Source: an uncultured delta proteobacterium (GTDB taxonomy: Bacteria > Myxococcota_A > Polyangia > Haliangiales > Haliangiaceae). From it: a DNA stretch of 64,000 nt. The translations under genes and the position numbers were made by a program. Location of the stretch: NCBI GenBank assembly GCA_963743525.1, contig CAVUQH010000003.1, positions 960,001 through 1,024,000 of the forward strand, in the 5' to 3' direction. How positions within the stretch are numbered: the first letter of the stretch is position 1; the number at the start of each line of letters is the position of its first letter. Under the pieces are notes generated by a model. That model was not told the DNA's origin. It saw nothing but the letters and a program-made list of their open reading frames with translations, and ran no database searches. This document shows positions 28,976 through 47,605 of the stretch, piece after piece.

Positions 28976-29467
28976 GTGATTCGGCGCAGTGTCCCGGCCG
29001 AGCACGGGTGGATTCGCGACCTGGCCGCCGAGGTCTACAACGACCTCGGCGACTACGGCTCCATCATTCCGGCGTGGATCGACCATCCCGGCGTGCTGTC
29101 CTATGTGGACGCCTCGGACGACACCGGAGAGCGCCGTGGCTTCGCTCTGCTGGGCTTCTACGAGCCGGAGGAGTCGGGGCCGTATGTCGCCGATCTGCTG
29201 GCGCTGGCGGTCGAGGAGCGGTTCAGGCGCCAGGGAGTCGGACGGGGCCTGCTGTCGTACGCCATCCGCGTCGCCGAGCTGGCCGGCCGCACCAGCGCCG
29301 TGGGCGAAATCCGCCTGACCGTGGCCGATGACAACACGGTCGGCCAGCGGCTGTACCGGGCGCACGGCTTTCGCGTGCTGGCCGAGGACCACGGCTTCTA
29401 CGACGGTGGTCAGCGGGCAATCCGCATGGCCCGCGCACTGTCGCCACGGCAGGCGATCAGCGCCTGA
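28976..29467 (+). CDS. GNAT N-acetyltransferase
   Basis: LAVEERFRRQGVGRGLL (acetyl-CoA motif A); LTVADDN..QRLYRAHGF. Confidence 0.9.
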   Translation: MIRRSVPAEHGWIRDLAAEVYNDLGDYGSIIPAWIDHPGVLSYVDASDDTGERRGFALLGFYEPEESGPYVADLLALAVEERFRRQGVGRGLLSYAIRVAELAGRTSAVGEIRLTVADDNTVGQRLYRAHGFRVLAEDHGFYDGGQRAIRMARALSPRQAISA

Positions 29468-29469
29468 GC

Positions 29470-30894
29470 TCAGGCCGTCGCTTCAGGGGTGGCGGCGGGC
29501 TCGTCGGTGGCCGGGGGCGCGGTGGCGGCGGCCGGCTCGGCTTCGGCCTTGGCCTCGGCCTTGGCCCGCTCGGTGCGGCGGTCGGCGATGAACTTCATGA
29601 TGTACGGGAAGCCGACCTGCACCGTGTTGAGCTTGGGCGCCAGCTGCGATGACAGGCCGAACATGATCACCACCGCGCGCTCGACGTAGAACCAACCGGG
29701 CGGGTACTCGATCGACTTCATCAGCTGGCGCAGCTCTTCCTTCTTCACCTCGGGGTCGGCCAGCTGCTGGGCGACGTCGGTGCCGAGCTTGCTGAAGTCG
29801 GTGATGTTGAGGTTGAGCAGCTTCTCGAAGTAGGCGCGCACGGTGCGGTCGAGCAGGTCGCGGTCGCCGTCCTCGGCGACGAAGCCCATGGTCTCGAAGC
29901 CTTTGATCACCAGGGTGTCGTTCTTGGTCATCATCCCGGTGAGGATGTCGAGCATGCCGTCGGCGAGGTTGTCGGTGACCTCGCTGGCCGAGCCGAAGTC
30001 GAGCACCACCAGGCGCGGCTGTCCCTCGGGGCCCTTCTGCACGAAGAAGTTCCCCGGGTGCGGGTCGGCGTGGAAGAACTTGTCCCAGAACAGCTGCTGG
30101 TAGAAGACCTGCACCAGCTTGGTCGCCACGGCGTTGGGATCGAGTCCCAGCTCCTCGAGTTGTTTGCGGTTGCGGATCTTGACCCCCTCCATGAACGACA
30201 TGGTCAGCACCTTGTTGCTGGACAGGTCGTGGAGCACGGTGGGGAACAGAACGTCCGGGTCGCTCTCGAAGTTGGCGGCCATCCGCTCCATGCAGGCGGC
30301 CTCGTTGACGTAGTCGGTCTCGCGCTCGAGCATGTCGGTCAGCTGCTCGTGCACGCGCTCGATCTGTTGCACCGGGACGAACAGCTTGTAGATCTTGAGC
30401 GCCCAGCCCAGCACCTTGAGGTCGACGCGGATGATGGTTGCGACGTTGGGGTAGAGGATCTTGACGGCCACCCGCTGGCCGTCCTTGGTCTTGGCCTCGT
30501 GCACCTGGCCGAGCGAGGCCGCCGCCAGCGGCGTCTCGGCGAACTCGGCGAACAGCTCGCGTGGCTCTTTGCCCAGCGACTTGCGGAACGTCTTGACGAT
30601 GTCCTTGAACGCGCGCGGCGGGACCTCGTCCTGTAACGGCTCCAGCTCCTCGACGTAGGCGCGGGGCAAGAACGTGCCCATGACCGACAGGATCTGGCCC
30701 AGCTTGATGTAGACGCCGCGCAGGCGGACGAAGCCCTTGTACATGCGCCGGGCGTTGCGACGGTGCACCCGCTTCCAGCGGTTCTTCAGGCGCTGCTCGC
30801 CAAAGAGCCGCTCGAGCGCCATCTGCACCATGTAGCTCGAGAAAATCCTCCCGAAGACCCACATGGCGCGGATCAGTCGAATCAACGCCCACAT
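29470..30894 (-). CDS. AarF/UbiB/ABC1-family atypical kinase
   Basis: YIKLGQ, LQDEVPP, AAASLGQVH, VAVK, FHADPHPGN, LDFG. Confidence 0.93.
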   Translation of the reverse strand: MWALIRLIRAMWVFGRIFSSYMVQMALERLFGEQRLKNRWKRVHRRNARRMYKGFVRLRGVYIKLGQILSVMGTFLPRAYVEELEPLQDEVPPRAFKDIVKTFRKSLGKEPRELFAEFAETPLAAASLGQVHEAKTKDGQRVAVKILYPNVATIIRVDLKVLGWALKIYKLFVPVQQIERVHEQLTDMLERETDYVNEAACMERMAANFESDPDVLFPTVLHDLSSNKVLTMSFMEGVKIRNRKQLEELGLDPNAVATKLVQVFYQQLFWDKFFHADPHPGNFFVQKGPEGQPRLVVLDFGSASEVTDNLADGMLDILTGMMTKNDTLVIKGFETMGFVAEDGDRDLLDRTVRAYFEKLLNLNITDFSKLGTDVAQQLADPEVKKEELRQLMKSIEYPPGWFYVERAVVIMFGLSSQLAPKLNTVQVGFPYIMKFIADRRTERAKAEAKAEAEPAAATAPPATDEPAATPEATA

Positions 30895-31076
30895 TCAGCC
30901 GACAACCCCGATTCGACCGATGGTAGCACTTGCGGCCCGGAGGGCAGCTCTGACCCCCTTCCGCGGGGCAATTGGCCGGCTGCGGGCCGGGGCGCGGAAC
31001 CAGTGTCAGCCCCTCCTGATAGGACTGGAGTCGCGGGGGCTTCCCGCATGTCCCGAACCCTGCCGAGCCACTACCT

Positions 31077-31119
31077 GTAGTAGCTCGGCCTTGACGACCT
31101 ACTACCTATCGCGTAACAA
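31077..31119 (+). promoter_or_regulatory. Sigma70-like promoter with overlapping inverted-repeat operator
   Basis: TTGACG (31091-31096), N17, TAACAA (31114-31119); inverted repeat gtagtagctcg (31077-31087) / cgacctactac (31095-31105), 10 of 11 matching. Confidence 0.5.
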
Positions 31120-31125
31120 GGTATC

Positions 31126-31401
31126 ATGGCGAAGAAGCAGACTCGGCGTAGTATCAGCGTTAGCCGCAACACGTACGAGCGGCTGAAGGCCTACTGCGAG
31201 ACGAACGGCATCTCGATGAGCCAGTTCGTCGAGAAGCGTGTAGGGGATTACCTGGGGCGCAGCATCGACCGGTTGACGGTGACGATGAGCAGCCCGGCCA
31301 GCGAGCCGGTCCGCACTGCCCCCCAGACCTCCTCCGCGCCGACCTCGCAGAACGGGGATCCCGACGTGAAGCTCACGCCGGATCAGATCTTCACCTTCTA
31401 G
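31126..31401 (+). CDS. Small ribbon-helix-helix DNA-binding protein
   Basis: RRSISVS (ribbon), RNTYERLKAYCET, NG, ISMSQFVEKRV. Confidence 0.75.
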   Translation: MAKKQTRRSISVSRNTYERLKAYCETNGISMSQFVEKRVGDYLGRSIDRLTVTMSSPASEPVRTAPQTSSAPTSQNGDPDVKLTPDQIFTF

Positions 31402-31435
31402 TCGCTGTTCTCGAATCGCACGTCAGCGGGTGCGC

Positions 31436-32461
31436 CTATTGTGGCGCCCTGCGCGCCAGCCACCGGTCTCCGGTTGCGGCGGCGCGCATCAACCCCTTGA
31501 GTGCGAACGATTGCCACGCAGGCGCGGATTCGGATCCCTCCGGGGGAAACAGGAAGCTGTTGAGAGCCTTCTGTCCGCCGCGTGACAGACCAAAGAGTCC
31601 GCGCGTGGCGCGCCGACCGGCGCCAGCCGGCTCACCATACTCGTCGCGCATGCGGCGATAGACGTCGGTCTGCAGGCGGAAACCCTGGCGCTGCATCTCG
31701 GCCTGGTCGACGCCCAGGGTCGCGAAGGCGTCGCGCATGGTCATGCCGCTGCCGACCATCATCAGCTGGATGCGCAGCTGGAACCACCACAGCTTCGCGG
31801 CCTGGAAGTCGTTGAGCTCGGCGAGGATGCGCGGAAGCAGCAGCGCGCCCAGGCCGACGTGGCGGGCCTCGTCGCGCTCGAAGTAGTAGAGCAGGTCGGT
31901 CAGCACCGGCTCGATCTCGGCCGCGGCGATCATCTTGAACAGGCAGACGGCGACGTTCTCCACCAGGAGCTGCATGCCGACCAGCTTGTACAAGAGGTTG
32001 TCGGTCTCGAGCAGCTCGACCAGCAGCGTGCGGCTGTAGCCGCTGAGGTGGGGGATGGGAATGTCGGCCTGCCACAGGTAGGCGCGCAGGGTGTTGAAGT
32101 GGCGGGCCTCGTCGAACACCTGACCCGACGCCGCCATCTTGGCGTTGTTGTCCTCGAGCTTGAGCGCCAGGTCGGCGCTGATCGACCAGGCCGCCAGCTC
32201 GCCCCACAGCAGCACCGACGCGACGCGGCCGAACGCCTCGCGTTTGTCGTCGGGGAAGCGGATGCCACCGTGCTTGTCGGTCAGCGCGGCCAGCGTCTTG
32301 GCGCCGTCCCAGGCCAGGTCGTGGCTCTTCTGGTAGATGCGCGCGACCGTGCGCGTGCGCTGCTCGAGCTCCGACACCACGTCGCGTTCGCCCAGCTCGT
32401 ACGGGGGAAAGGCGTCACGTGCGCGCCGGGGGCGGGTCCACTGCTCGCTGATCTGGTTCAT
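31436..32461 (-). CDS. Ferritin-like diiron protein (AurF/desaturase-like)
   Basis: Paired E...DEARH motifs (WGE...FDEARH; LVE...RDEARH). Confidence 0.85.
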   Translation of the reverse strand: MNQISEQWTRPRRARDAFPPYELGERDVVSELEQRTRTVARIYQKSHDLAWDGAKTLAALTDKHGGIRFPDDKREAFGRVASVLLWGELAAWSISADLALKLEDNNAKMAASGQVFDEARHFNTLRAYLWQADIPIPHLSGYSRTLLVELLETDNLLYKLVGMQLLVENVAVCLFKMIAAAEIEPVLTDLLYYFERDEARHVGLGALLLPRILAELNDFQAAKLWWFQLRIQLMMVGSGMTMRDAFATLGVDQAEMQRQGFRLQTDVYRRMRDEYGEPAGAGRRATRGLFGLSRGGQKALNSFLFPPEGSESAPAWQSFALKGLMRAAATGDRWLARRAPQ

Positions 32462-33102
32462 GGCTCCTCCGTGGTCGATTCGCGCACGCGATCCGAGAGC
32501 AACCCGGTCGAGTGCAGTCGCGCGGTCTCGCGCGCCATCGCTTTGAGATCGATCGGCTCTTCGCTGCGCAGCGCGGCAAGCGCCAGCTTCTCGACGCCGC
32601 CGACCATCAACGTCGCAGTCAGCTTGGGATCGAGCTGGCGGACGATGCCGGCCTCCATCGCCGCGCGCAGGTCGCCCTCGACGATGGCGATCAGGCTGTC
32701 GTCGATCTCGCCGAGCAAGTGCTCGATGTTGACGTCCAGGCCAACCGCCTCGCGCAGGGTGATGCGCAGCGTCTGCTCGTCCTCGAACACGGTCTCCAAC
32801 AGCTGCTCGAGGCGCTCGGCCGACCAGTTGACGACCGCCGAGCGGACCAGCTTGGCCGGTCGCGGCATGCGCTGCGGGCGGCGCTCGAGCATGAGCGCCT
32901 GTACGCGGTCGAGGGTCTCGCGCAGGATGGCGGTGAAGACCGCCTTCTTGTTGCGGAAGTACTGGTACAGGGTGCCGCGGCCGATGCCCGCCTCGGCGCA
33001 GATGTGGCTGATGTTGGCGGCGTGGTAGCCGCGCTCGGCAAACACCTTCTTGGCGCAGTCGAGAATGTGCCGCTGGCGCAGCGGTGCTTTCATGTAACTC
33101 AT
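32458..33102 (-). CDS. TetR/AcrR-family transcriptional regulator
   Basis: ILDCAKKVFAERGY...ICAEAGIGRGTLYQYFRNK; 4-nt overlap with the diiron gene. Confidence 0.93.
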   Translation of the reverse strand: MSYMKAPLRQRHILDCAKKVFAERGYHAANISHICAEAGIGRGTLYQYFRNKKAVFTAILRETLDRVQALMLERRPQRMPRPAKLVRSAVVNWSAERLEQLLETVFEDEQTLRITLREAVGLDVNIEHLLGEIDDSLIAIVEGDLRAAMEAGIVRQLDPKLTATLMVGGVEKLALAALRSEEPIDLKAMARETARLHSTGLLSDRVRESTTEEP

Positions 33103-33112
33103 TGAAAATTAA

Positions 33113-33167
33113 AAGAACTGATATGTCAGTTCTTGCTCAGGCTACGTGGTGTCATCGCCGCTGTCAA
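33113..33167 (-). promoter_or_regulatory. Sigma70 promoter and TetR operator palindrome
   Basis: Minus strand TTGACA (33167-33162), N17, TAGCCT (33144-33139); palindrome aagaactga-tatg-tcagttctt (33113-33134) covers the predicted +1. Confidence 0.8.
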
Positions 33168-33179
33168 CCTTCTTCGCCC

Positions 33180-33533
33180 CTACGCGGCGTGGGTGGCGAC
33201 GACGTCGGTCTGGATGCCGCCGCGCACCTGGAACGCGCCGGTCACGGTCATGCGCGTCGGGGCGATGGCGGCGACCAGGTCATCGAGGATCTGGTTGACC
33301 ACCGCCTCGTGGAACGCGCCTTCCTGGCGGTAGCTCCACAGGTACAGCTTGAGTGACTTGAGCTCCACACACTTGGCCGCCGGTACGTACTCGATGGTGA
33401 TCGTCGCGAAATCGGGCTGACCGGTCATCGGGCAAACACAGGTGAACTCGGGACAAACCATGCGGATGGTGAACTCGCGTCCCGGCCGCGGGTTGTCGAA
33501 GATTTCGAGGTTCTTGCTCGGCGTGGTGCTCAT
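33180..33533 (-). CDS. queF: NADPH-dependent 7-cyano-7-deazaguanine reductase (preQ1 synthase)
   Basis: [33 protein letters not shown]. Confidence 0.96.
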   Translation of the reverse strand: MSTTPSKNLEIFDNPRPGREFTIRMVCPEFTCVCPMTGQPDFATITIEYVPAAKCVELKSLKLYLWSYRQEGAFHEAVVNQILDDLVAAIAPTRMTVTGAFQVRGGIQTDVVATHAA

Positions 33534-33656
33534 GGGCGCGGCAGACGTATAGCACCGACTGCCGCGATCCGACTGGGGAAATCACCTTGTGCTGGCGTCC
33601 GGCTGCGCAGCGCCTTACAATCGATTTGCGACAATGTCGTCGGTTACGCCAAGGGC

Positions 33657-33950
33657 CACCCCAATGTCGGGGATGCAGCGGCGAGCTGGAACTCGGGTTC
33701 GCGCCCAACATTCCGGTTTCTGGCGCGAACCCACAGCGAAACGCTGGACCCCCCGGGAGCCGCTTCCGCTTCGTAAAAGGTGAGGCGTGATCGAGCGGAC
33801 CGCTACGAGGTCTGGTGCTGGCATGTTGCCAGGGGAGGTAAAGAAGAATATGGACGACTGTAGACCCACTGCCTCGGAGGCTGTTCTTCTCTAACCGCCT
33901 CTTTACGAGTGCAACCCGAAGTGGGGCCCCAACGGGCCCCATTTCACATT
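33657..33950 (+). ncRNA. Candidate structured intergenic RNA (~290 nt), possibly with a 14-aa sORF
   Basis: 11-bp stem 33695-33705/33722-33732; closing helix 33770-33787/33896-33909; inner helix 33842-33850/33882-33890; final hairpin 33918-33945; G-U pairs favour the + strand. Confidence 0.4.
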
Positions 33951-33951
33951 T
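33918..33951. terminator. Terminator-like hairpin
   Basis: gaagtggggccc-caac-gggccccatttc, directly after the stop of the convergent 33950-37903 gene. Confidence 0.55.
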
Positions 33952-36900
33952 ATGGGACCAGATTGCGCAGGAAGGCGATGCCGTCGGCGTTGCTGTCGAC
34001 CAGTCCGCGACCGATGCGGGCGAACTGCTTGGTCAGCTGGCCGCGGCCGTCGGACAGCTCGGACAGCGCCGCCTTGGCCGCCTGGGCGCCGGCAGAGGTG
34101 CGCGAGAGCATGACGAACGCCGCGGTGGCCACCAGTCGGCGCATGGCGTTGCGCTCGGAGCCGCGCAGCATCTTGGCCAGCTGGTCGGGCGAGTTGGTCA
34201 CCGCGTAGGCAGCGGCCAGCGGCTCGAGCGCGGCGGCACGGACGTCGTGGGACGGATCGCGGAGCAGCGGCTCGAGCAGCTCGACGGCCTTCTTGGCGTC
34301 GCCGCGGGCGACCAGGCCCATGCACGCCGCCGCCACCCGCGCGCGCTCGCGCTCGGAGCGCGAGCCGAGCTGGTCAGCCAGCATCGTCGCGACCCGCTCG
34401 GCCTTGCCGATGCGGGCATAGGTGGTCAGCGCCACCGCGGCGATGCCGGGGTCCGGATCCTCGACCGCCAGCCCCAGCGCGCGGTCCATCTCGGCCTGGT
34501 CGAGCTGCTTGGCGTGGCTCGCCAGCTGCTCCAGCGCCGAACGGCGCACGGTCGGATCGTCGTCGGTGAGCGCGGCGTTGATCACCGCGGATACGCTCGC
34601 CCCGGTGGCGATGGCGGTGTTGACCGCCGACGTGCGCACCGCCGGTGACGGATCGGCGATGGCGATCGGCACCAGATCGGAGACGCCGATGGCGCGCGCT
34701 GCCTTGAGCAGCTCGAGCTTCTCGCCGGCGTCGGCACCGTCGAACGCCTTGACCAGCGCCGCCGCCGCCTTGTCGGGCGCAGCGCTGCCCATGCCGGCCA
34801 GCGCGCGCAGCGCGATGACGCGGACGTCTCGGCTCGAGTCGCCGACCATCTCGGTCAGCGCCTTGCCCACCGACGACGGCGGCTTGTCACTGGCCGCAAG
34901 CTTGGCCAGGACGCGCGCGGCTTCGGTGCGGACGTTGACGCTGGGATCCTCGGCCAGCTTGCTGGCGACGGCGGTCGCGGTCTTGTCGTGGTCCGGGTGG
35001 TCGCTGACGCAGTTGATGACGATGCGGCGAACCTCCACCGAGTCGTCGCTGGCCGCCCGCGCCAGCGCGACCTCGGCGCTGCGGTAGCCGGCGGCCAGGC
35101 CGTTGCACAGTCCGTCGGCGCCGATCGGATGCAGCGCCGGGTCGTCCTTGCTGCGCACCGCGCTGACCAGGTACGAATAGACCGAACGCGCGCCCGACTT
35201 GGTGCGCGCCATGCGTGCGTAGACCTCGGCGGCCACGCGCCGCGAGCGGCCCTTGCGCTTCCACAGCTGGGAGATGCCGTAGACCGCGTTGCCGGTCGAC
35301 CCGCCCTGCTCGGAGCTGTTGGCCAGGCCGTAAGCCGCGCCGGTGGCGACCGTGAGCCCTTCCTTCTTGACCATCTTGTTGAGGGTGTCTTGCGACACCC
35401 GCCCGGTGTTGCCGTAGGCGCGGGCAGCGGCGGCGCGGATGGTCGACGAGTTGTCCTTGATCAGCGTCTCCAGCGCGCCCTGCGCCGCCTTGTCCTTGGT
35501 CTTGGCGATCTCGCCCCAGGCCAGGGTCATCGCCTCGCGCATGGTCGTGCTCAGCTTCTTGTCGTCGAGCATGAGCGCCAGGTCACCAGCGGCCTGCTTG
35601 GGCGCCATCTTGGCGAACAGCGGCAGCGCCGCCGCGCGCACCTCTTCGTCCTTGGCTCGGCGCGCCGCCTTCACGTAGATCAGCGCGTCGGCATAGGCCG
35701 AGTCGGGCGCCAGATCGCTCATCAGATTCAGCGCCAGCACCCGGTCCTCGACCGGGGCTTTGGGGTCGCCGGCCAGCTCGGCAGCGGCCAGGGTGGCGCC
35801 GTTGGGATCGCTGGCAAACGCGCGGCGCAACAGCTCGCGCGCCTTCTCTCGCGTCGACGCGCCGACGTCGCGGTTGACCAGCACCGACTTGGCGGTGTCG
35901 GCAGACGGCGTCGCCGACGCTGCCCCGGCGGTGACCTCGGCCAGGAGCTCGCGCCGCGGCGCCGCCTCCGGCTCGAGCTCCAGCGCGCGCTCGAACAGCT
36001 TGCGCGCGGTCGCCTGCGACAGCGACTGCACGGCGGAGAAGGCCAGTCGCCGCTGCTCGTCGTCGGGCGACGCCAGCTGGGTGGCCAGGGTGTCGTGGTA
36101 GCTGTCGACGCCGCGGCGGGTGGCATCCTCGGCCACGCCGAGGGCGGCATTGCGCACCGCCGGCGAGTTGTTGCCGAGCAGCTTTTCGATGTAGGCGACT
36201 TCCTTCTCGCCGCCGCGGGCGATCGGTTTCAGCTTCTCCAGCACGTTGACGATCTCGACCGGCGTCTTGGCCGACGATTCCAGCTGGTTGAGCGCTGCCG
36301 GCTTGCCGGTGGCGGCGTATTCGATCAGCTGCCGCAGCGACGGGTCGAGGATGGCCAGCACCCGATCGACGTAGCCGCTGTCCTGGCTGCCGCCGAGGTC
36401 GCCCGAGCGGGCCTTCTTCCACCCGTCTTCGCTCAGCATCGGCCGGGTGAAGCCGGTATCGGCGATGATCGATCCGTACGACGGGCTGCCCGGCAGCCAG
36501 AAGAAGCCGGACAGCGACGGCTTGCCCGCGCGCACGACCACGTGCTCGGCGCTGCCGCCGCCGGGGCGCGCGGTGGCGACGTAGTAGCTGCCGGCCAGCG
36601 AGATCCAGCAGAGGATGATGATGATCAGCGGCACCGCCGCGCAGGCCGCGGCGATGATGGTGAAGAAGCGCTTGGTCCGGTGGATGACCGCCTGCTCCAT
36701 CGGCGTCAACGGCGTGATCTTGTCGCGGCGCAGATCTCGCCACTCGCGCAGCGACAGCCGGCGGCCCTCGGCCGCCTTGGAGCCGAGCAGCTCGAACGCC
36801 CGCCGGGCGCTGACCCGCGCCGGCGCTGCCACTTCGCGCACGCGCGGCGCCAGGATCTCGTGGGCCAGCTCGTAACACGGCTCGGCCTGCCCGGGCACTT

Positions 36901-37903
36901 GCACCTGGTGGACGACGCCGAACTGGGCGAGCGAGGCCATGGTCGGCCCGGCCACCGCCGGATCGATGCCGGCGCGGGCTGCGGCCCACTCCGGTGGATA
37001 GGCGCCGCCGCGCGGCACCGCCAGCTCGGCGAGCAGTCGCAGCGCGACCTTTTCGTTGCCGGTGCTGCTGGCCACGCCCTCGAGCCACAGCCGCTCCAGC
37101 TGACCGGCGCCGCCGATGCGGCCCACCTGCTCGACCTTGGTCAGGCCCAGCTCGCGGATGGCCAGCGCGGCGATCTGTAGATCCGCGGCCAGGATGGCGC
37201 CGTCGCGGGCCAGCGCGTCGACCACCGAGCCGGCCAGCTGCTGATCGGCAGGGACGCCGGCCAGCGCCAGCGTGCGGTCGAGGACCATCGACGCATCGGC
37301 GGGTTGGAAGCGCTCGAGCTGGTAGCGGCTCGACGGCGGGAACAGCGAGCCGGTGCGCTTCTCCAGCAAGCCGAACAGGTGCACATGGCTGGAGGCGCAG
37401 GAGAACAGGAAGCGCGCCCGTCCGCCCGAACGGGTGACGACGCGGGCGAACAGGTCGCCGAGGTCGGCGATGATCCGCTCGTCGCCGGTGGCCAGCGCGC
37501 GATCGACCTCGTCGAGGATGAACAGGTACAGCTGGCCCTCGAGCGCCTGCGACACCACGCGCGCCAGGTACATCATCGGCTGCTCGCCGTCGTTGGGCGC
37601 CATGCCGCTGGCCTGCTGCACGGCCCGGGCGAACGACTCGGCCGGGTGGTAGATGTCGTCGCAGAACAGGGCGACGACGCCGTGGTCGCGCAAGTGGGGG
37701 GCCAGTCCGGCGCGCAGGAGCGAGGTCTTGCCCACCCCCGACTCGCCGTACAGCAGCCCGGCGCGGAATCCGTCGTTGGTGACCATGCGCGCCAGCTCGT
37801 CGCGTTCGCGGTCGCGGCCGAACAGGACGTCTCGCTCGGACTCGGCGAACGGGCTCAGGCCGCGGAGAGGCGTCACGGTCCCGGGGTAGGTCGCGGCCGT
37901 CAC
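33950..37903 (-). CDS. STAND-type (nSTAND1-like) NTPase, TM helix and HEAT-repeat protein
   Basis: RGLSPF...LFGRDRE, Walker [10 protein letters not shown], Walker [30 protein letters not shown]; many D.s..VR..A HEAT repeats. Confidence 0.8.
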   Translation of the reverse strand: MTAATYPGTVTPLRGLSPFAESERDVLFGRDRERDELARMVTNDGFRAGLLYGESGVGKTSLLRAGLAPHLRDHGVVALFCDDIYHPAESFARAVQQASGMAPNDGEQPMMYLARVVSQALEGQLYLFILDEVDRALATGDERIIADLGDLFARVVTRSGGRARFLFSCASSHVHLFGLLEKRTGSLFPPSSRYQLERFQPADASMVLDRTLALAGVPADQQLAGSVVDALARDGAILAADLQIAALAIRELGLTKVEQVGRIGGAGQLERLWLEGVASSTGNEKVALRLLAELAVPRGGAYPPEWAAARAGIDPAVAGPTMASLAQFGVVHQVQVPGQAEPCYELAHEILAPRVREVAAPARVSARRAFELLGSKAAEGRRLSLREWRDLRRDKITPLTPMEQAVIHRTKRFFTIIAAACAAVPLIIIILCWISLAGSYYVATARPGGGSAEHVVVRAGKPSLSGFFWLPGSPSYGSIIADTGFTRPMLSEDGWKKARSGDLGGSQDSGYVDRVLAILDPSLRQLIEYAATGKPAALNQLESSAKTPVEIVNVLEKLKPIARGGEKEVAYIEKLLGNNSPAVRNAALGVAEDATRRGVDSYHDTLATQLASPDDEQRRLAFSAVQSLSQATARKLFERALELEPEAAPRRELLAEVTAGAASATPSADTAKSVLVNRDVGASTREKARELLRRAFASDPNGATLAAAELAGDPKAPVEDRVLALNLMSDLAPDSAYADALIYVKAARRAKDEEVRAAALPLFAKMAPKQAAGDLALMLDDKKLSTTMREAMTLAWGEIAKTKDKAAQGALETLIKDNSSTIRAAAARAYGNTGRVSQDTLNKMVKKEGLTVATGAAYGLANSSEQGGSTGNAVYGISQLWKRKGRSRRVAAEVYARMARTKSGARSVYSYLVSAVRSKDDPALHPIGADGLCNGLAAGYRSAEVALARAASDDSVEVRRIVINCVSDHPDHDKTATAVASKLAEDPSVNVRTEAARVLAKLAASDKPPSSVGKALTEMVGDSSRDVRVIALRALAGMGSAAPDKAAAALVKAFDGADAGEKLELLKAARAIGVSDLVPIAIADPSPAVRTSAVNTAIATGASVSAVINAALTDDDPTVRRSALEQLASHAKQLDQAEMDRALGLAVEDPDPGIAAVALTTYARIGKAERVATMLADQLGSRSERERARVAAACMGLVARGDAKKAVELLEPLLRDPSHDVRAAALEPLAAAYAVTNSPDQLAKMLRGSERNAMRRLVATAAFVMLSRTSAGAQAAKAALSELSDGRGQLTKQFARIGRGLVDSNADGIAFLRNLVP

Positions 37904-37952
37904 GGGTGCGACTATATCGTAGGTCGGCGCTCGTGGTAGCGTTCCTGCCCCC

Positions 37953-38689
<737 letters not shown>

Positions 38690-38693
<4 letters not shown>

Positions 38694-39869
38694 TGGACGC
38701 CCGCGCGCTGGCGCGCTGGGGCGCCCTGGACGAGCGGCGGCGCCGCGGCGCGCGCGGCCTGCTGGCGCGCATCCCGGCGATCGCCTGGTCGCTGGCCGGC
38801 GGTGTCGCCCTGGCCGGGTGGCTGGCCGCCGACGCCGGTGCCGGCCCGCGGGTCGTGCGCCTGTGGCTGGCGGCCGTCGTCGCGCTCGGCGCGCTGGTGG
38901 TGTTCGGCACGCCGTTCCGCATGTACTGGCGGCGCGACTCCGCGCTGCTGGCGCGGCTGCCGATTCCCGGCAGCGCGCTGTTTCGCGTGGCGCTGGCCCG
39001 CGGTCTGTGGGCGGCGACCAGCGCGCTGGCCGGACCGGCGGTGCTGGCCGGTGCCCTGTGCTGGCTGGCCACGCCGTCGATTGGTCTCCGCCACCTGGCG
39101 CTGGTCGGCGTCGCCTGGGTGGTGTCGGCGCTGCTCGCGCCCGCGGCGGCGCTGGCCGGCGGCGCGCTGGTGGCGTCGGACAAGCTCGATCAGATGATGG
39201 AGCAGATGGGCGGCGAGTTTCGCGCCCCGCGCACCGGTTGGCTCGGCATCCTGCCCGGACTGGCCGCCGCCGGCGGCGCGCTGGTGGTGATCGGCGGCGC
39301 CAGCTGGGCGCTGGGTGCGCCGCGTACCGCGCTGGGCAATCCGCTGGCGCTGCTCGGGCCGCCGCTGGCGCTGGGCGTGATCGGCGTGGTCTGGGCCATC
39401 GCCGCTGCCGACCGGGTGATGCTGGCGGCGGTGCGCGAGGTGTCGGCGTTGGATCGCGAGCGGCTGGCGCACATCGATCTGTCGAAGGCATCGCCGCTCG
39501 AGCGCGCTGCCTCGCACTTGATCGGTGCCCGCGCGCGCATCGTCTACGACAAGGACATGCGCCTGTCCCGCCGCCGCTACCCGATGCCGTACGTCGTCAG
39601 CGTGACCGGTGTCCTGGCCGCGTGGATCGTCGCCGCCGTTCGCCCCGAGGCGATGGTCGCGTGGACCGCCAGCATCCTGGCCTGCCTGGTCGCCTACGGC
39701 GCGATCATGGCCCGCCGCCGGCGGCAGCCACCGATCGAGCAGCCGCGCTTGTTGGCGACGCTGCCGTTCGGCACCGGTGACGTCGCCGCAGCCAAGCGCA
39801 TGGCGCTGACGTTGTGGCTGGTGGTCTTCGGCGGCCTGGCGGCGATTCCGCCGCTGCTCGTGCTGCTGC

Positions 39870-39877
<8 letters not shown>
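38690..39877 (+). CDS. Multi-pass membrane protein, probable ABC exporter permease
   Basis: GTGA overlap with the ATPase gene; about 9 hydrophobic helices. Confidence 0.75.
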
Positions 39878-40838
<961 letters not shown>

Positions 40839-41028
40839 GAAGTCCAACGATCTTATCCGGCGGCGAGAGGAACGGTCAAACAATCATGTGGCTCACACGT
40901 CGAAGTCGGTCGCGTATTGCAGGGGCAACTACGGCCACGTGGGCGCTGCCCGTCTGTGTACGTGAAGGTGCTGCGAAGTAGTGCGTTTGTGGCGAAGTCA
41001 GTCTCCGAGCTGATACGATAGGCCACTG

Positions 41029-47424
<6,396 letters not shown>

Positions 47425-47605
47425 CCCTCGGGCGGTTTGGTGGAAAAGAGGACGAGGTAGGGGATTGTGTGCGAGGATCAACGGGCAGAACGTTGTTGGC
47501 CGCCGGGGTAGCTCGCGCGCGACCTTTTGGATTAGGATTGGCGATACACGGCATTCTGGGGTACTGTTGTAGGCCGCGCTACACGAATTACATGCCGGAG
47601 AACAG

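Noticed and set aside
33534..33660. preQ1 riboswitch upstream of queF
   Set aside because: No preQ1 stem-loop with an A-rich tail on the minus strand.
47539..47556. Sigma54-like TGGC...GC upstream of the STAS gene (also near 33593 and 19860)
   Set aside because: GG-GC spacing is 8-9 nt, not the required 10.
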